In this document: piece after piece, positions 47,467-55,942 of the stretch
Layout of the letters: each line of letters starts with the position of its first letter
How positions within the stretch are numbered: the stretch's first letter is position 1
IMG/VR virus record: IMGVR_UViG_3300010049_000011
Span: 64,001-128,000 of that record
DNA length: 64,000 nucleotides
Reading direction: 5' to 3' (one strand)
Source of the DNA: a virus
Taxonomy: Duplodnaviria > Caudoviricetes
Position numbers and translations under genes: made by a program
Notes under the pieces: model-generated
The model's database searches: none
What the model was told of the DNA's origin: nothing
What the model saw: only the letters and a program-made list of their open reading frames with translations

Positions 47467-48615
47467 ATGCCGTTTAAATTTGCAGAAAAGAAGTATATCC
47501 ACCGAAACGCAGACACTCTGATCGTGGATATCGTGAAGGACTTGAGAGAGATAGACGATGTCCAACAGTCCCGCCTCGGAGATTACACCAAGGAGATTCT
47601 CGGGGCCTCCTCTGTCTTGACCGATGCCCGGAATGTGTGGCAGACCAATAAGGGGAGGAAATATAATTTTATCCACGCCATCGCAGAAACTGTCTGGATG
47701 CTATCCGGGAACAAGGATCTAGACTTCCTTGAAAAGTTTCTTCCACAGTGTCGAGCGTTCTCGGATGATGGGTTACATTGGCGTAGTTGTTACGGTCCGA
47801 GAATCCGTAATTGGGTCGGAAGGAACGATAACAACTACTGTCGTAAAGGAGAACCCGAAGAAATGGTTCTCGACCAGTGGAAAAATGCTATAGAAGAACT
47901 CCAAACGCGACCGGACTCTCGACAAGCTATAGTTCAGATATGGGATCCTTGTGTTTGTGGAGATTTCCGTGGCCGCGAGAAAGTTCTCGACAGGGCGTGT
48001 AACCGCAGTGTTGACTTCAAACTGCGGGATAACAAACTGTCTATATTTATTGAAAACAGGAGCAACGACGTCTACTGGGGGTTGTCTTCCATAAATCTTG
48101 TTGAGTTCAGTATAATGCTCCAACTAACCGCCTCCGTACTCGGTTGCGAGTTAGGGCACCAACAACACGATTCGAGATCTCTCCACGTCTATAACAGGCA
48201 TTTCGATAAAATTGAAGAGTTACTGACGGACAAAGAATTGCTCGAAGATTTTAGCATATCCAACACTGAGGGGGATTCTTGTAATTTTGAAAAGTTGCCG
48301 AACTTCGCGACACTATCAGATATATTGGATCTTACGTATAAGAACATTGAACATGCAACGAAGAATCCTGGGAGGAAACATTTACTGGAACCTAACGACC
48401 TCTTGGAGGGACGTAGGGAAGATAAACTGTCCGAATATGCGAAGCTCTACCCCAATATAGTATATACTTTAAACATCCCTGTGTTGAAGTACGTTGAGGA
48501 AGATTCCCTCCGCGGAGAAGTCTTCGGCCTTATGAACAGGAATCTACACCCTGCCTTGAAAATCCTCCTCGAAAGGAAGTACTTGAAGGTAGACGCAGTT
48601 ATTATCGGGGGTTAG
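47467..48615 (+). CDS. Thymidylate-synthase-fold dUMP hydroxymethylase
   Basis: AET.WMLSG, YGPRIR, DSRQA..IWDP, catalytic DRACN, RSNDVYWGLSSIN (Asn = dUMP-type), SLHVY. Confidence 0.8.
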   Translation: MPFKFAEKKYIHRNADTLIVDIVKDLREIDDVQQSRLGDYTKEILGASSVLTDARNVWQTNKGRKYNFIHAIAETVWMLSGNKDLDFLEKFLPQCRAFSDDGLHWRSCYGPRIRNWVGRNDNNYCRKGEPEEMVLDQWKNAIEELQTRPDSRQAIVQIWDPCVCGDFRGREKVLDRACNRSVDFKLRDNKLSIFIENRSNDVYWGLSSINLVEFSIMLQLTASVLGCELGHQQHDSRSLHVYNRHFDKIEELLTDKELLEDFSISNTEGDSCNFEKLPNFATLSDILDLTYKNIEHATKNPGRKHLLEPNDLLEGRREDKLSEYAKLYPNIVYTLNIPVLKYVEEDSLRGEVFGLMNRNLHPALKILLERKYLKVDAVIIGG

Positions 48616-48636
48616 GTTGGAATTATTCTAGCGTCT

Positions 48637-49179
48637 ATGAAGACTTTGATCGTAAACATATTTGGTTCTCCGGGAGTAGGAAAGAGCTCCTTCGCGGCAG
48701 ATCTGTTCGCACGTCTTAAGTACTCTGGAATATCCTCAGAACTAGTCACAGAATACGCTAAGAGGTTGGTGTGGGAGGAAGACTGGAGAGGGTTAAGAAA
48801 CCAACTCCAGATCCTCTCTGAAGCCGTCCGTACCCTTGAAACTTTGGATGGTAAAGTAAGGGTTATTGTGAACGAGCAATGTGTATTGAATTCTATCGTT
48901 TTCGTAACTCCCGAGTCCAGGATCAATACAGATTACTTTGCCCAATATGTACTATCTCTAGACGAGAAATATGGCGGACTCAACTTCTTCGTCGACAGGG
49001 AACCTGTGTTCACAGAAGAAGGTGCTCGCGTTCAGAAGACTAAAGAAGAATCTGACATGCTAAAGGAGAGAATTTTAGGAGTCCTTGATATGTCAAAAAG
49101 ACCCTACGAGAGGGTCTCTTCTTGTGACAGCATGTTCGATGTGGTTATAGGACTCTTAGAGAACGATACCTTCGTCTGA
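48637..49179 (+). CDS. P-loop kinase/ATPase (AAA_28-like)
   Basis: NIFGSPGVGKSS, ELVTEYAK.LVW, R.Q..EES. Confidence 0.8.
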   Translation: MKTLIVNIFGSPGVGKSSFAADLFARLKYSGISSELVTEYAKRLVWEEDWRGLRNQLQILSEAVRTLETLDGKVRVIVNEQCVLNSIVFVTPESRINTDYFAQYVLSLDEKYGGLNFFVDREPVFTEEGARVQKTKEESDMLKERILGVLDMSKRPYERVSSCDSMFDVVIGLLENDTFV

Positions 49180-49512
49180 CATCTCTTTCCTCATCCTTAT
49201 TTCGTCTTCTCTTACTTGGAGCTCTATGTCTAAGAGTTGTTTGATTCTCTGCGATTCTGGGTGTCCTTCATCTTGGGCCACGTCGAACGCTGCAGTGAGT
49301 AGGAGTATATTCTTCCACTCACACTGGTCCAGTACATCCCTCTTTTCTTCTCCTAAAGCACACCCAAGACCTAATATTGTGTTCTCGTAGGAATAAAAGT
49401 GTCCTATAATAAGAGCACCGAAGTCGTGAGACATGTCTGGAACGTCGTAAAACTTAGATTTAACAGCTTCCACGAACCGTTTGTTGTCTACGCACAAGTA
49501 TCTGTTCTTCAT
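49156..49512 (-). CDS. Hypothetical protein
   Basis: AGGAG RBS on the minus strand; fills the gap. Confidence 0.55.
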   Translation of the reverse strand: MKNRYLCVDNKRFVEAVKSKFYDVPDMSHDFGALIIGHFYSYENTILGLGCALGEEKRDVLDQCEWKNILLLTAAFDVAQDEGHPESQRIKQLLDIELQVREDEIRMRKEMSDEGIVL

Positions 49513-49556
49513 GAGGTTTCTCCTGTTTGGTTAGGGGCTAGAAGATTCTACTCAAT

Positions 49557-50174
49557 ATGGTTGTTATTAAACACGATTACGACGAATTCTGGTCTAGCTT
49601 TAACCAATTAGACCTTTTTAAGAAGACGTTGGACCCGAGATACACAGCAGACGAACTTAAACTAGTTCTTATGAAGTGGTGGAGATTTGACCGCAGACAC
49701 GACCTAATAGCCACAGAGGTGGGTCGGGGAATAAACGCCGACGCTTTAGGGATAGATATTGCAGATCCCGCGAGAGGAGAGATTACAGAGTTCGAGGTGA
49801 AGGTTGACTTCGAAGACATGAAGGCCGATCGAGACAAGCCTAAACACAAGAGATATCTAATAACTAAGTCCGGACTTATTCCTGATTATTTTTACTACGT
49901 CGTCCCAGAAACTCTAGAGAGTAGAGCTAAGCGGTGGCTGGAGGATACCAACTGTCCTTACGGTCTTATTGTATATTGTCGATGTTCTCAGGCTCTGTAT
50001 AGATATAAGACTTGTCCTAAACTATGTAGTTCTCTCGAGAAACGTGCTGAGCTGTTTAGACAACTATGTTGTAGGGCCTCTAGCCAGTTAATCTCTAACA
50101 ACCAAGACTACCTCGTAGAGAGAGATAAAACAAAGGAAATGGTTAAGGAACTTCTCAAAACCAAATTTATTTAA
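49557..50174 (+). CDS. PD-(D/E)xK nuclease, MmcB-like
   Basis: ATEV..ADAL..EFEVKV..DMKAD..K.KH..Y..PDYFYYVVP..YGLI. Confidence 0.7.
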   Translation: MVVIKHDYDEFWSSFNQLDLFKKTLDPRYTADELKLVLMKWWRFDRRHDLIATEVGRGINADALGIDIADPARGEITEFEVKVDFEDMKADRDKPKHKRYLITKSGLIPDYFYYVVPETLESRAKRWLEDTNCPYGLIVYCRCSQALYRYKTCPKLCSSLEKRAELFRQLCCRASSQLISNNQDYLVERDKTKEMVKELLKTKFI

Positions 50175-50244
50175 TACCTTTGCTAGGTTCTTACTCTCAC
50201 AACCAAATTTTCCACTTGCCTTTTGAAGAGAAGTACGCTATAGT
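50163..50244 (+). promoter_or_regulatory. Early sigma70-type promoter with upstream box
   Basis: Box ends 50188; TTGCCT 50216; 17 bp; TATAGT 50239. Confidence 0.8.
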
Positions 50245-50280
50245 TGAAGGTATGAACAAAAAGAAAGGGATAGGGTTGAC

Positions 50281-51433
50281 ATGGCTATAAAGTATTACAA
50301 AGTTGGTGGTTGTGTTCGAGACGGAATCATACGAGAAGTCCATAAAGATTTAATTATACCCGTTAAGGGGGGATATCGACTGTGTTGTAACAGGAGCCAC
50401 TCCTCAACACATGTTGGACAACGGGTTCGCTCGCGTCGGTAAGGATTTCCCTGTGTTCTTAGACGACGTGGGAAACCAAATAGCTCTCGCCAGAACAGAG
50501 AGAAGTACCGTAGAGTCCAACACAGATTTCGATTTTGATTACAACCCCGAAGTCACTATCGAGGAAGATCTATTCCGCAGGGATTTTACCATGAACGCAA
50601 TAGCTGTCGAGTGTGTCGGAGAATTTGAAGCTCCCAAGGAGATTGATCCTTACGGAGGGAGAGAGGATATAAAGAACAAAACAATACGACACGTTAGCAA
50701 ACATTTCTGTGAAGATCCTTTGAGAGTTTTGAGAGCCTATAGATTCTCTGCTCAATTAGGTTTTAGTATACATGAAGACACGAGAAAATTGTGCCGGAAG
50801 ATGGTGAAAGATAAGGCCCTCTCCTCCTTGTCTAAGGAAAGAATAATCGAGGAGATTTATAAAATCTTTACACAACACTTCTCTACTGCCGGGACCTTGC
50901 GGTACATGCTTGAGGACAAAGTGTTCGATGCCCTTGGGATTATGAATTCTTCGGTAGGAGACGACGCAATCGAGAAGGTCCTATACAACGAAGACTTAGT
51001 TTCCGAACAGAAGCTCGTTTTATTTTTGAAGTCGTGCGATAGAAATTTTAATAGCTATTTCTTTTCCGAGAGAGGTTACAAGACAGACACTTGTACTCTG
51101 TATGAGGATGCCCAGCAGGATTTCTATAGCAACATAGTGAACGCTGTTGAAACTGTGACTAACGGTTTTCAAGGGCCTTTGAGGATTGAGAGGGTCTTAC
51201 CTGTTGTCTCTGCCTTTTTCCATGAAGACAAACACAACTCGCTTATTACGAAACACCTGAGGAAGATCCAGCTTGAATCCAAGGTCCTCTCCGTCTATAA
51301 CGCGGGCAGGCTTATAACTTTCGATCTAATTCGTAAGACTTACTTTCCGAATATAGGGGATGTTACAAAATATCTAGATGTTATAAAGAAAAAGCGCCTA
51401 GATGTAATTTCTGAAGTATTAACGGAGGACTGA
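50281..51433 (+). pseudogene. cca: CCA-adding tRNA nucleotidyltransferase with a +1 frameshift in a G6 run
   Basis: MAIKYYKVGGCVRD..PVKG in one frame; DIDCVVTGATP..VGKDFPVF..LARTE..EEDLFRRDFTMNAIA..EDPLRVLRAYRF in the next; GGGGGG at 50367-50372. Confidence 0.85.
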
Positions 51434-51537
51434 GGCGGTTAACAACACTGTCCGCTTAGGTGCTGGAAGCGTCGGGAGATGTTCGTCAGCAAGATACCTT
51501 TCTACGCTACGTACTGATATAACGTAGCGTAGAGGAT
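51433..51537 (+). promoter_or_regulatory. Structured intergenic RNA element; last hairpin overlaps the RBS of gene 51541
   Basis: Three consecutive stems, including a perfect 12-bp inverted repeat 51501-51512/51522-51533. Confidence 0.5.
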
Positions 51538-51540
51538 TAC

Positions 51541-51915
51541 ATGACTGACTTAAGCGACCTAACACAACCTAAGAAATCCGAAGACACACTAATCCAGATA
51601 GACACTAAAGATCCACGTGATCTTATTGCTCATGCAGAAAGAGTGGCTCTAGAGAGAGGTCTGAAGGCATATATAAACATGATGCCTGCGATTGGGTACG
51701 ATCATGATAAGGGGAAGTGGGTTGCTCCTTGGGAGTTAACCGTGGGAGGGGAACACCCTCAGGCCTATTTTTCCCTCGAGACTGAAGCATTCAGGACTCA
51801 TGAAGAGTCTAAGAAGAGATGGGGAGAAGCTCACAACAACTTAGTTGAGGCTTATCAGAAGGACGAGGCTAGGAAAGAGTCTCTAGATACTCAGGAAGCA
51901 GAACCTTCGGAGTAG
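51541..51915 (+). CDS. Hypothetical protein
   Basis: GAGGA RBS, 124 aa. Confidence 0.6.
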   Translation: MTDLSDLTQPKKSEDTLIQIDTKDPRDLIAHAERVALERGLKAYINMMPAIGYDHDKGKWVAPWELTVGGEHPQAYFSLETEAFRTHEESKKRWGEAHNNLVEAYQKDEARKESLDTQEAEPSE

Positions 51916-51952
51916 TTTCTTCTACCCATTCGAAATATAATGGAGGAAGTAC

Positions 51953-52219
51953 ATGCTTACACAAGCAACTCTTACGCTGTCGCTGAAAGATTTGAAGTCG
52001 AAGAAATCCGTGATTAAGGTATTCCCTGATATAGATTTTCCGTGCGAGACTCTAGCGGAGGTCCGAGGGACCAAGCTGTACCAAGAATGGGTCAGGGCCG
52101 CAGCTCCTAAAGGGGACTTTCTGATTAACTCTACTCACCTGTCCTTAAAGATGCCTAAGCCTCCAACAAAAAGAGATTCTAGCGGGGATATAATCGACGT
52201 TAGGAATTCGGTGAGCTAG
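51953..52219 (+). CDS. Hypothetical protein
   Basis: GGAGG RBS. Confidence 0.6.
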   Translation: MLTQATLTLSLKDLKSKKSVIKVFPDIDFPCETLAEVRGTKLYQEWVRAAAPKGDFLINSTHLSLKMPKPPTKRDSSGDIIDVRNSVS

Positions 52220-52220
52220 A

Positions 52221-53576
52221 TTGGTAGAGAAGAACTACAACGCGGACGAGGGGACTCAGAGGAAGATTTTAGGCCTTATAATCTCTGATAAGACTTACTT
52301 TCTTTCCACGGCGTCGGACACAATAAAGGCTTCTTACTTTACCTCACAGATACATCAACTCATGTGTAGATGGGTTTTCGATTTTTACCAAAGATTCCCG
52401 GACAACCAGTGCACTGAATCTTTCCTTCAGGATATGCTAAAGAGGTATTCCACAACGTGTCGGTTCCGCTCAGACGTTTTAATGCGTTATGAAGAGGAGA
52501 TAACTCTGATCTGCGAGTCGGAGATACTGGACGAGGACTACGTTAAAGAGCGGGTTCTTGAGTTCGCCAAAAGACAAGCGATGCACGAGGCTTTCCTGAA
52601 GTCCATAGAGATTTACGAGTCTCACGGAGAGACGGATAAAATAGAGCAAATCTGGAAAGAGGCCCTGTCTGTAGGAGGTGGGGATAATCTAGGAATAAAC
52701 CTCCAAACAAGCCTTGAGGACTTCCCTGACAAATTAAAGAAGACATTTGATCGAGGGAGCCTGATTCAGACCCAGATTCCTGGGTTGGATGATTCTCTGT
52801 TAGGAGGAGTTGGAAAGGGAGAGCTACACATTCTGATGGCAGCGTCTGGAGGAGGAAAGTCGAAGGGTCTAGCTTACCTGACTAAGGCTGCCTTGTTACA
52901 ATCTAAATCCGTCTTGCACATTACCTTCGAAATATCTGAAGAGGAATCCCTAGCAAACATAGTGTCGTCGTTAACCGGTATGGGTTTGTTAGACCTAATA
53001 GATGAGGGAAAGAGAGAAGACTACAAAAGGAGAGTCGAGAGATTCAAAAACCTCAACCTGAAACTGATGGTTAAAGAATTCCCGAACTATAGCGTCAACT
53101 GCAACAATCTCCGTGCTTACATTATGAAGGTTATAAATAAGGAGAACTTTAAGCCGGATATAATCTTCCTAGACTATGCCGACCTTATCCTCCCGATAAA
53201 AAAGATTAAGAGTTCTGGGGAAGATAGTACCTACGAGGCCCTCGGGACGGTGTTTTACGATATAATAAACCTAGCAAAGACCTTTCAGGTTCCGATCTGG
53301 ACTGCATCACAGACAAATAGAGGAGGGTGGAATTTGCAGGAGGAGGGTGTCATAACTATGGAGAACATAGCTGATAGTGCCCGCAAAGCCCACACGGCTC
53401 ACTCCATAGTCACAATAAATAGCAACGCAACCGAGAAGAGGTTAGGTAAGGCCAGGCTGTACACAGCGAAGGTTAGACGAGGGAAGGACTTCCAGACCAT
53501 ACACGTGGACTTCGATAGGAAGAATTCGACAATAAAACAGATCGAGCCTTATACTGTAAAATCTCTCGAGGGATAG
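52221..53576 (+). CDS. Replicative helicase (DnaB/gp41-like)
   Basis: AASGGGKS, HITFE, IFLDYADL, IWTASQTNR, AKVRRG. Confidence 0.92.
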   Translation: MVEKNYNADEGTQRKILGLIISDKTYFLSTASDTIKASYFTSQIHQLMCRWVFDFYQRFPDNQCTESFLQDMLKRYSTTCRFRSDVLMRYEEEITLICESEILDEDYVKERVLEFAKRQAMHEAFLKSIEIYESHGETDKIEQIWKEALSVGGGDNLGINLQTSLEDFPDKLKKTFDRGSLIQTQIPGLDDSLLGGVGKGELHILMAASGGGKSKGLAYLTKAALLQSKSVLHITFEISEEESLANIVSSLTGMGLLDLIDEGKREDYKRRVERFKNLNLKLMVKEFPNYSVNCNNLRAYIMKVINKENFKPDIIFLDYADLILPIKKIKSSGEDSTYEALGTVFYDIINLAKTFQVPIWTASQTNRGGWNLQEEGVITMENIADSARKAHTAHSIVTINSNATEKRLGKARLYTAKVRRGKDFQTIHVDFDRKNSTIKQIEPYTVKSLEG

Positions 53577-53578
53577 TT

Positions 53579-54175
53579 ATGGCTGTTGGGTTAGACATGC
53601 TTCTTCACAGGCCTAAGGAAATTGGGAACATAAAGGTTCGCGACGTCCCGACAGAGAAATACACAAACAATAACTATAGTCGTAAAAACATTCTCTTAGG
53701 AGAACGTAGCGGGAATTCGACATATCTTAGAGTATTAGGTTCGGTCCACTGGAATCGTGTTAAGTTTCCCTACCAGTCCTATGAGGTAGAACTTGAAGGA
53801 GGAGAGAAGATATACCTGTCTGGGAATCAAGAGGTTAGGACCGATCTCAGGGGGTGGGTCAGGGTTAAAGATCTCTACGAGGGAGAAGACCTGTATACAT
53901 TCGAAGATTCGAAAAGATTCGGAAAGATATTTGAGAGGATAGAACATCACGGAGACTCAATCGAAGGCGCTTACGTCGCGATATCTAAAAACAGAGGCCT
54001 CCCCTTTAAATTAGAGAATGCTTTAGAGGAAGGAAAATCTATAGAAGAGTTTAGGGAGGAGAAGAAAGAGTTCTATAAAGACTGCCTCCAGAAAGCAATT
54101 GATTGGAGGAAGGACCAAGCTCTGAAGAAGTTTGAAAGTAAACTATACGGAGATGACAACGAAAACCATTATTAG
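53579..54175 (+). CDS. Stand-alone degenerate Hint (intein-like) domain protein
   Basis: YEVELEGGEKIYLSGNQEVRT..GWVRVKDL.EGEDL block-B pattern; FKLENAL block-G-like; catalytic residues absent. Confidence 0.55.
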   Translation: MAVGLDMLLHRPKEIGNIKVRDVPTEKYTNNNYSRKNILLGERSGNSTYLRVLGSVHWNRVKFPYQSYEVELEGGEKIYLSGNQEVRTDLRGWVRVKDLYEGEDLYTFEDSKRFGKIFERIEHHGDSIEGAYVAISKNRGLPFKLENALEEGKSIEEFREEKKEFYKDCLQKAIDWRKDQALKKFESKLYGDDNENHY

Positions 54176-54262
54176 CTTTCCTAGGATTTTTACTTTTATT
54201 TAATACCTTTGCTAGGTCAGTGAAATTTTTCACTTGCCTTTTGACAAGAAACAAGCTATAGT
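54168..54262 (+). promoter_or_regulatory. Early sigma70-type promoter with two upstream boxes
   Basis: Boxes end 54186 and 54217; TTGCCT 54234; 17 bp; TATAGT 54257. Confidence 0.8.
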
Positions 54263-54382
54263 TGGTTGTTGGGGAACAGTTCCCGAGAAAACAGAAAGGA
54301 GCACAAAGGGCAGGAAAGTATGGGAAGTATAGCCTTGAAAATTATTCTACGATTTATTTAACCGCAAGCAGAGGAGAGAACA

Positions 54383-55942
54383 ATGCATGCACCTTATAAG
54401 AAACCTCTGAGGACTTTTGTCCTCGAGGGCAAGAAGAACGTCCTTAAAGCTCTTAGGGACCCCAAAAACCAACACTATTTGAGAACCTATGACTTTTATC
54501 CAGATTCTGTGCCTGGGTATGAGATCCGAGTTCCCGACAATGTGTCTCAATTCAAGTGGATCAGCGAAGTCAAGATCAGAGTTCCTTGTCCCGAGACAGG
54601 ATCTGAGAAAGAGAAGTGGGATATACGCCGAGACGAAGAGGGGAGACCTCTTTACTGGCAGAGAACCGGCAACCCATTCACAGAGAAAGAGTTCCCTAAG
54701 ACCCCGTTGAAGGATTGCAAATCCGTAAGGATACCTAGGTTCGGTAAGGGGGAGAAAGAATGGACAACTATGCCTGGCACTGGTATAAGGTCCCACTTAA
54801 CCAAACTAGGCATCGAGCGAGGACTTCTGAGGAACCTCACGTGGATAAATCGCCGTAAACCTTTCCGCACTGCTGAACTTGTCGGAGAGTATATCGATAA
54901 ATATTTCGAGAAGTTTCTCCCGCGGTTAACCAGAGAAAATTGGGACAAATGCGTAGACCTTGCTGTATTTTACTCGAAGAACAAGATGATAAATGTGGCT
55001 AAGAAAATTCACAACTCCTACTGTTCCGAGGACGATATTGTGGCGGAGATGAAGGTTAAGGCCTTGGAAGTGGCTCAATTTGTGAAAGAGGAGTACATCG
55101 AAGATGGGCACTTCTTCATAGAGCTTTGGGGTTATGTGATATATTGTATAGGTACCCACACAGGGGAACTTATGACCAGATTCTCGAGACAACCAGATTC
55201 CTCAGTCTATAGCCGAGTAGCTTTACCCGAGACCGACGACGAAGGTAACGACAATGCTCACACGACCTTTACAGAGAACGTGATAGCTCAGAACCCGGAC
55301 CTAGCTGTAACTACCCCAGACGAAACGTACGAGCACCACCACCTAAAGAATCAAAACATGAGAGAACTCCTGAAGGAGGAGATCCCTCACGTATGTTTGG
55401 ACATGTCTGAAGAGGAGGAGGAATTCTTCACTAAACTCTCGAAGAGCCTCGTAAGTTTCTCAGAGGAACCGGAAGATCTTACAGTTACCTTTCGATACAA
55501 AATCGGCGAAGACGAACACCTACATTGCCAGTTTTACGAGTTTTTCTGCAAGGTTAAAATCTTCGATGGGAAGGTCTGGCTGTTCAACAAGACTTACTCT
55601 GTGAAAGAGGACGGCAGTCTGGTTCCTGAGAGAACGACCCCGCAAGGCATTTCCAAGCGTTGTGTTCCTAGCGATTACAATACAACGGATAGGGGAGACA
55701 GGGTTGGTTACCTTAAGATGAAGACGTTTCTCGACTCTCTCGGGTTGTTTTTATGGTCTATAAACGCACCCCAGACACGTATGGACGAAGCTATGGATGT
55801 TTTAAAGAAGATCTTCCTGACTTCGAAGTATAGAGTCCTGGGGTCCTTAGACGAGGACGATAAGAACGTCGTACGTGTTTCGGATCAAGAATGGAAGGAC
55901 AACTGGGACAAACACCGAGTTGGCTACGCAGGACAGTGGTGA
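54383..55942 (+). CDS. Large protein with a divergent sigma-factor region 2/3-like core
   Basis: MINVAKKI..EDDIVAEMKVKALEVAQ..LWGYV..I; acidic linker..PDETYE..MRELL..MSEEE. Confidence 0.45.
   Translation: MHAPYKKPLRTFVLEGKKNVLKALRDPKNQHYLRTYDFYPDSVPGYEIRVPDNVSQFKWISEVKIRVPCPETGSEKEKWDIRRDEEGRPLYWQRTGNPFTEKEFPKTPLKDCKSVRIPRFGKGEKEWTTMPGTGIRSHLTKLGIERGLLRNLTWINRRKPFRTAELVGEYIDKYFEKFLPRLTRENWDKCVDLAVFYSKNKMINVAKKIHNSYCSEDDIVAEMKVKALEVAQFVKEEYIEDGHFFIELWGYVIYCIGTHTGELMTRFSRQPDSSVYSRVALPETDDEGNDNAHTTFTENVIAQNPDLAVTTPDETYEHHHLKNQNMRELLKEEIPHVCLDMSEEEEEFFTKLSKSLVSFSEEPEDLTVTFRYKIGEDEHLHCQFYEFFCKVKIFDGKVWLFNKTYSVKEDGSLVPERTTPQGISKRCVPSDYNTTDRGDRVGYLKMKTFLDSLGLFLWSINAPQTRMDEAMDVLKKIFLTSKYRVLGSLDEDDKNVVRVSDQEWKDNWDKHRVGYAGQW

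Noticed and set aside
47467-48615. Ordinary ThyA or T4-type dCMP hydroxymethylase
   Set aside because: Lacks the ThyA PFN/LPPC context, has Asn rather than Asp at the specificity site, and co-occurs with 5hmdU-hypermodification enzymes
52221-54175. Split intein between DnaB and the downstream Hint-like gene
   Set aside because: DnaB is complete with no N-intein half, and the Hint-like ORF lacks Cys1, the block-B His and the terminal Asn
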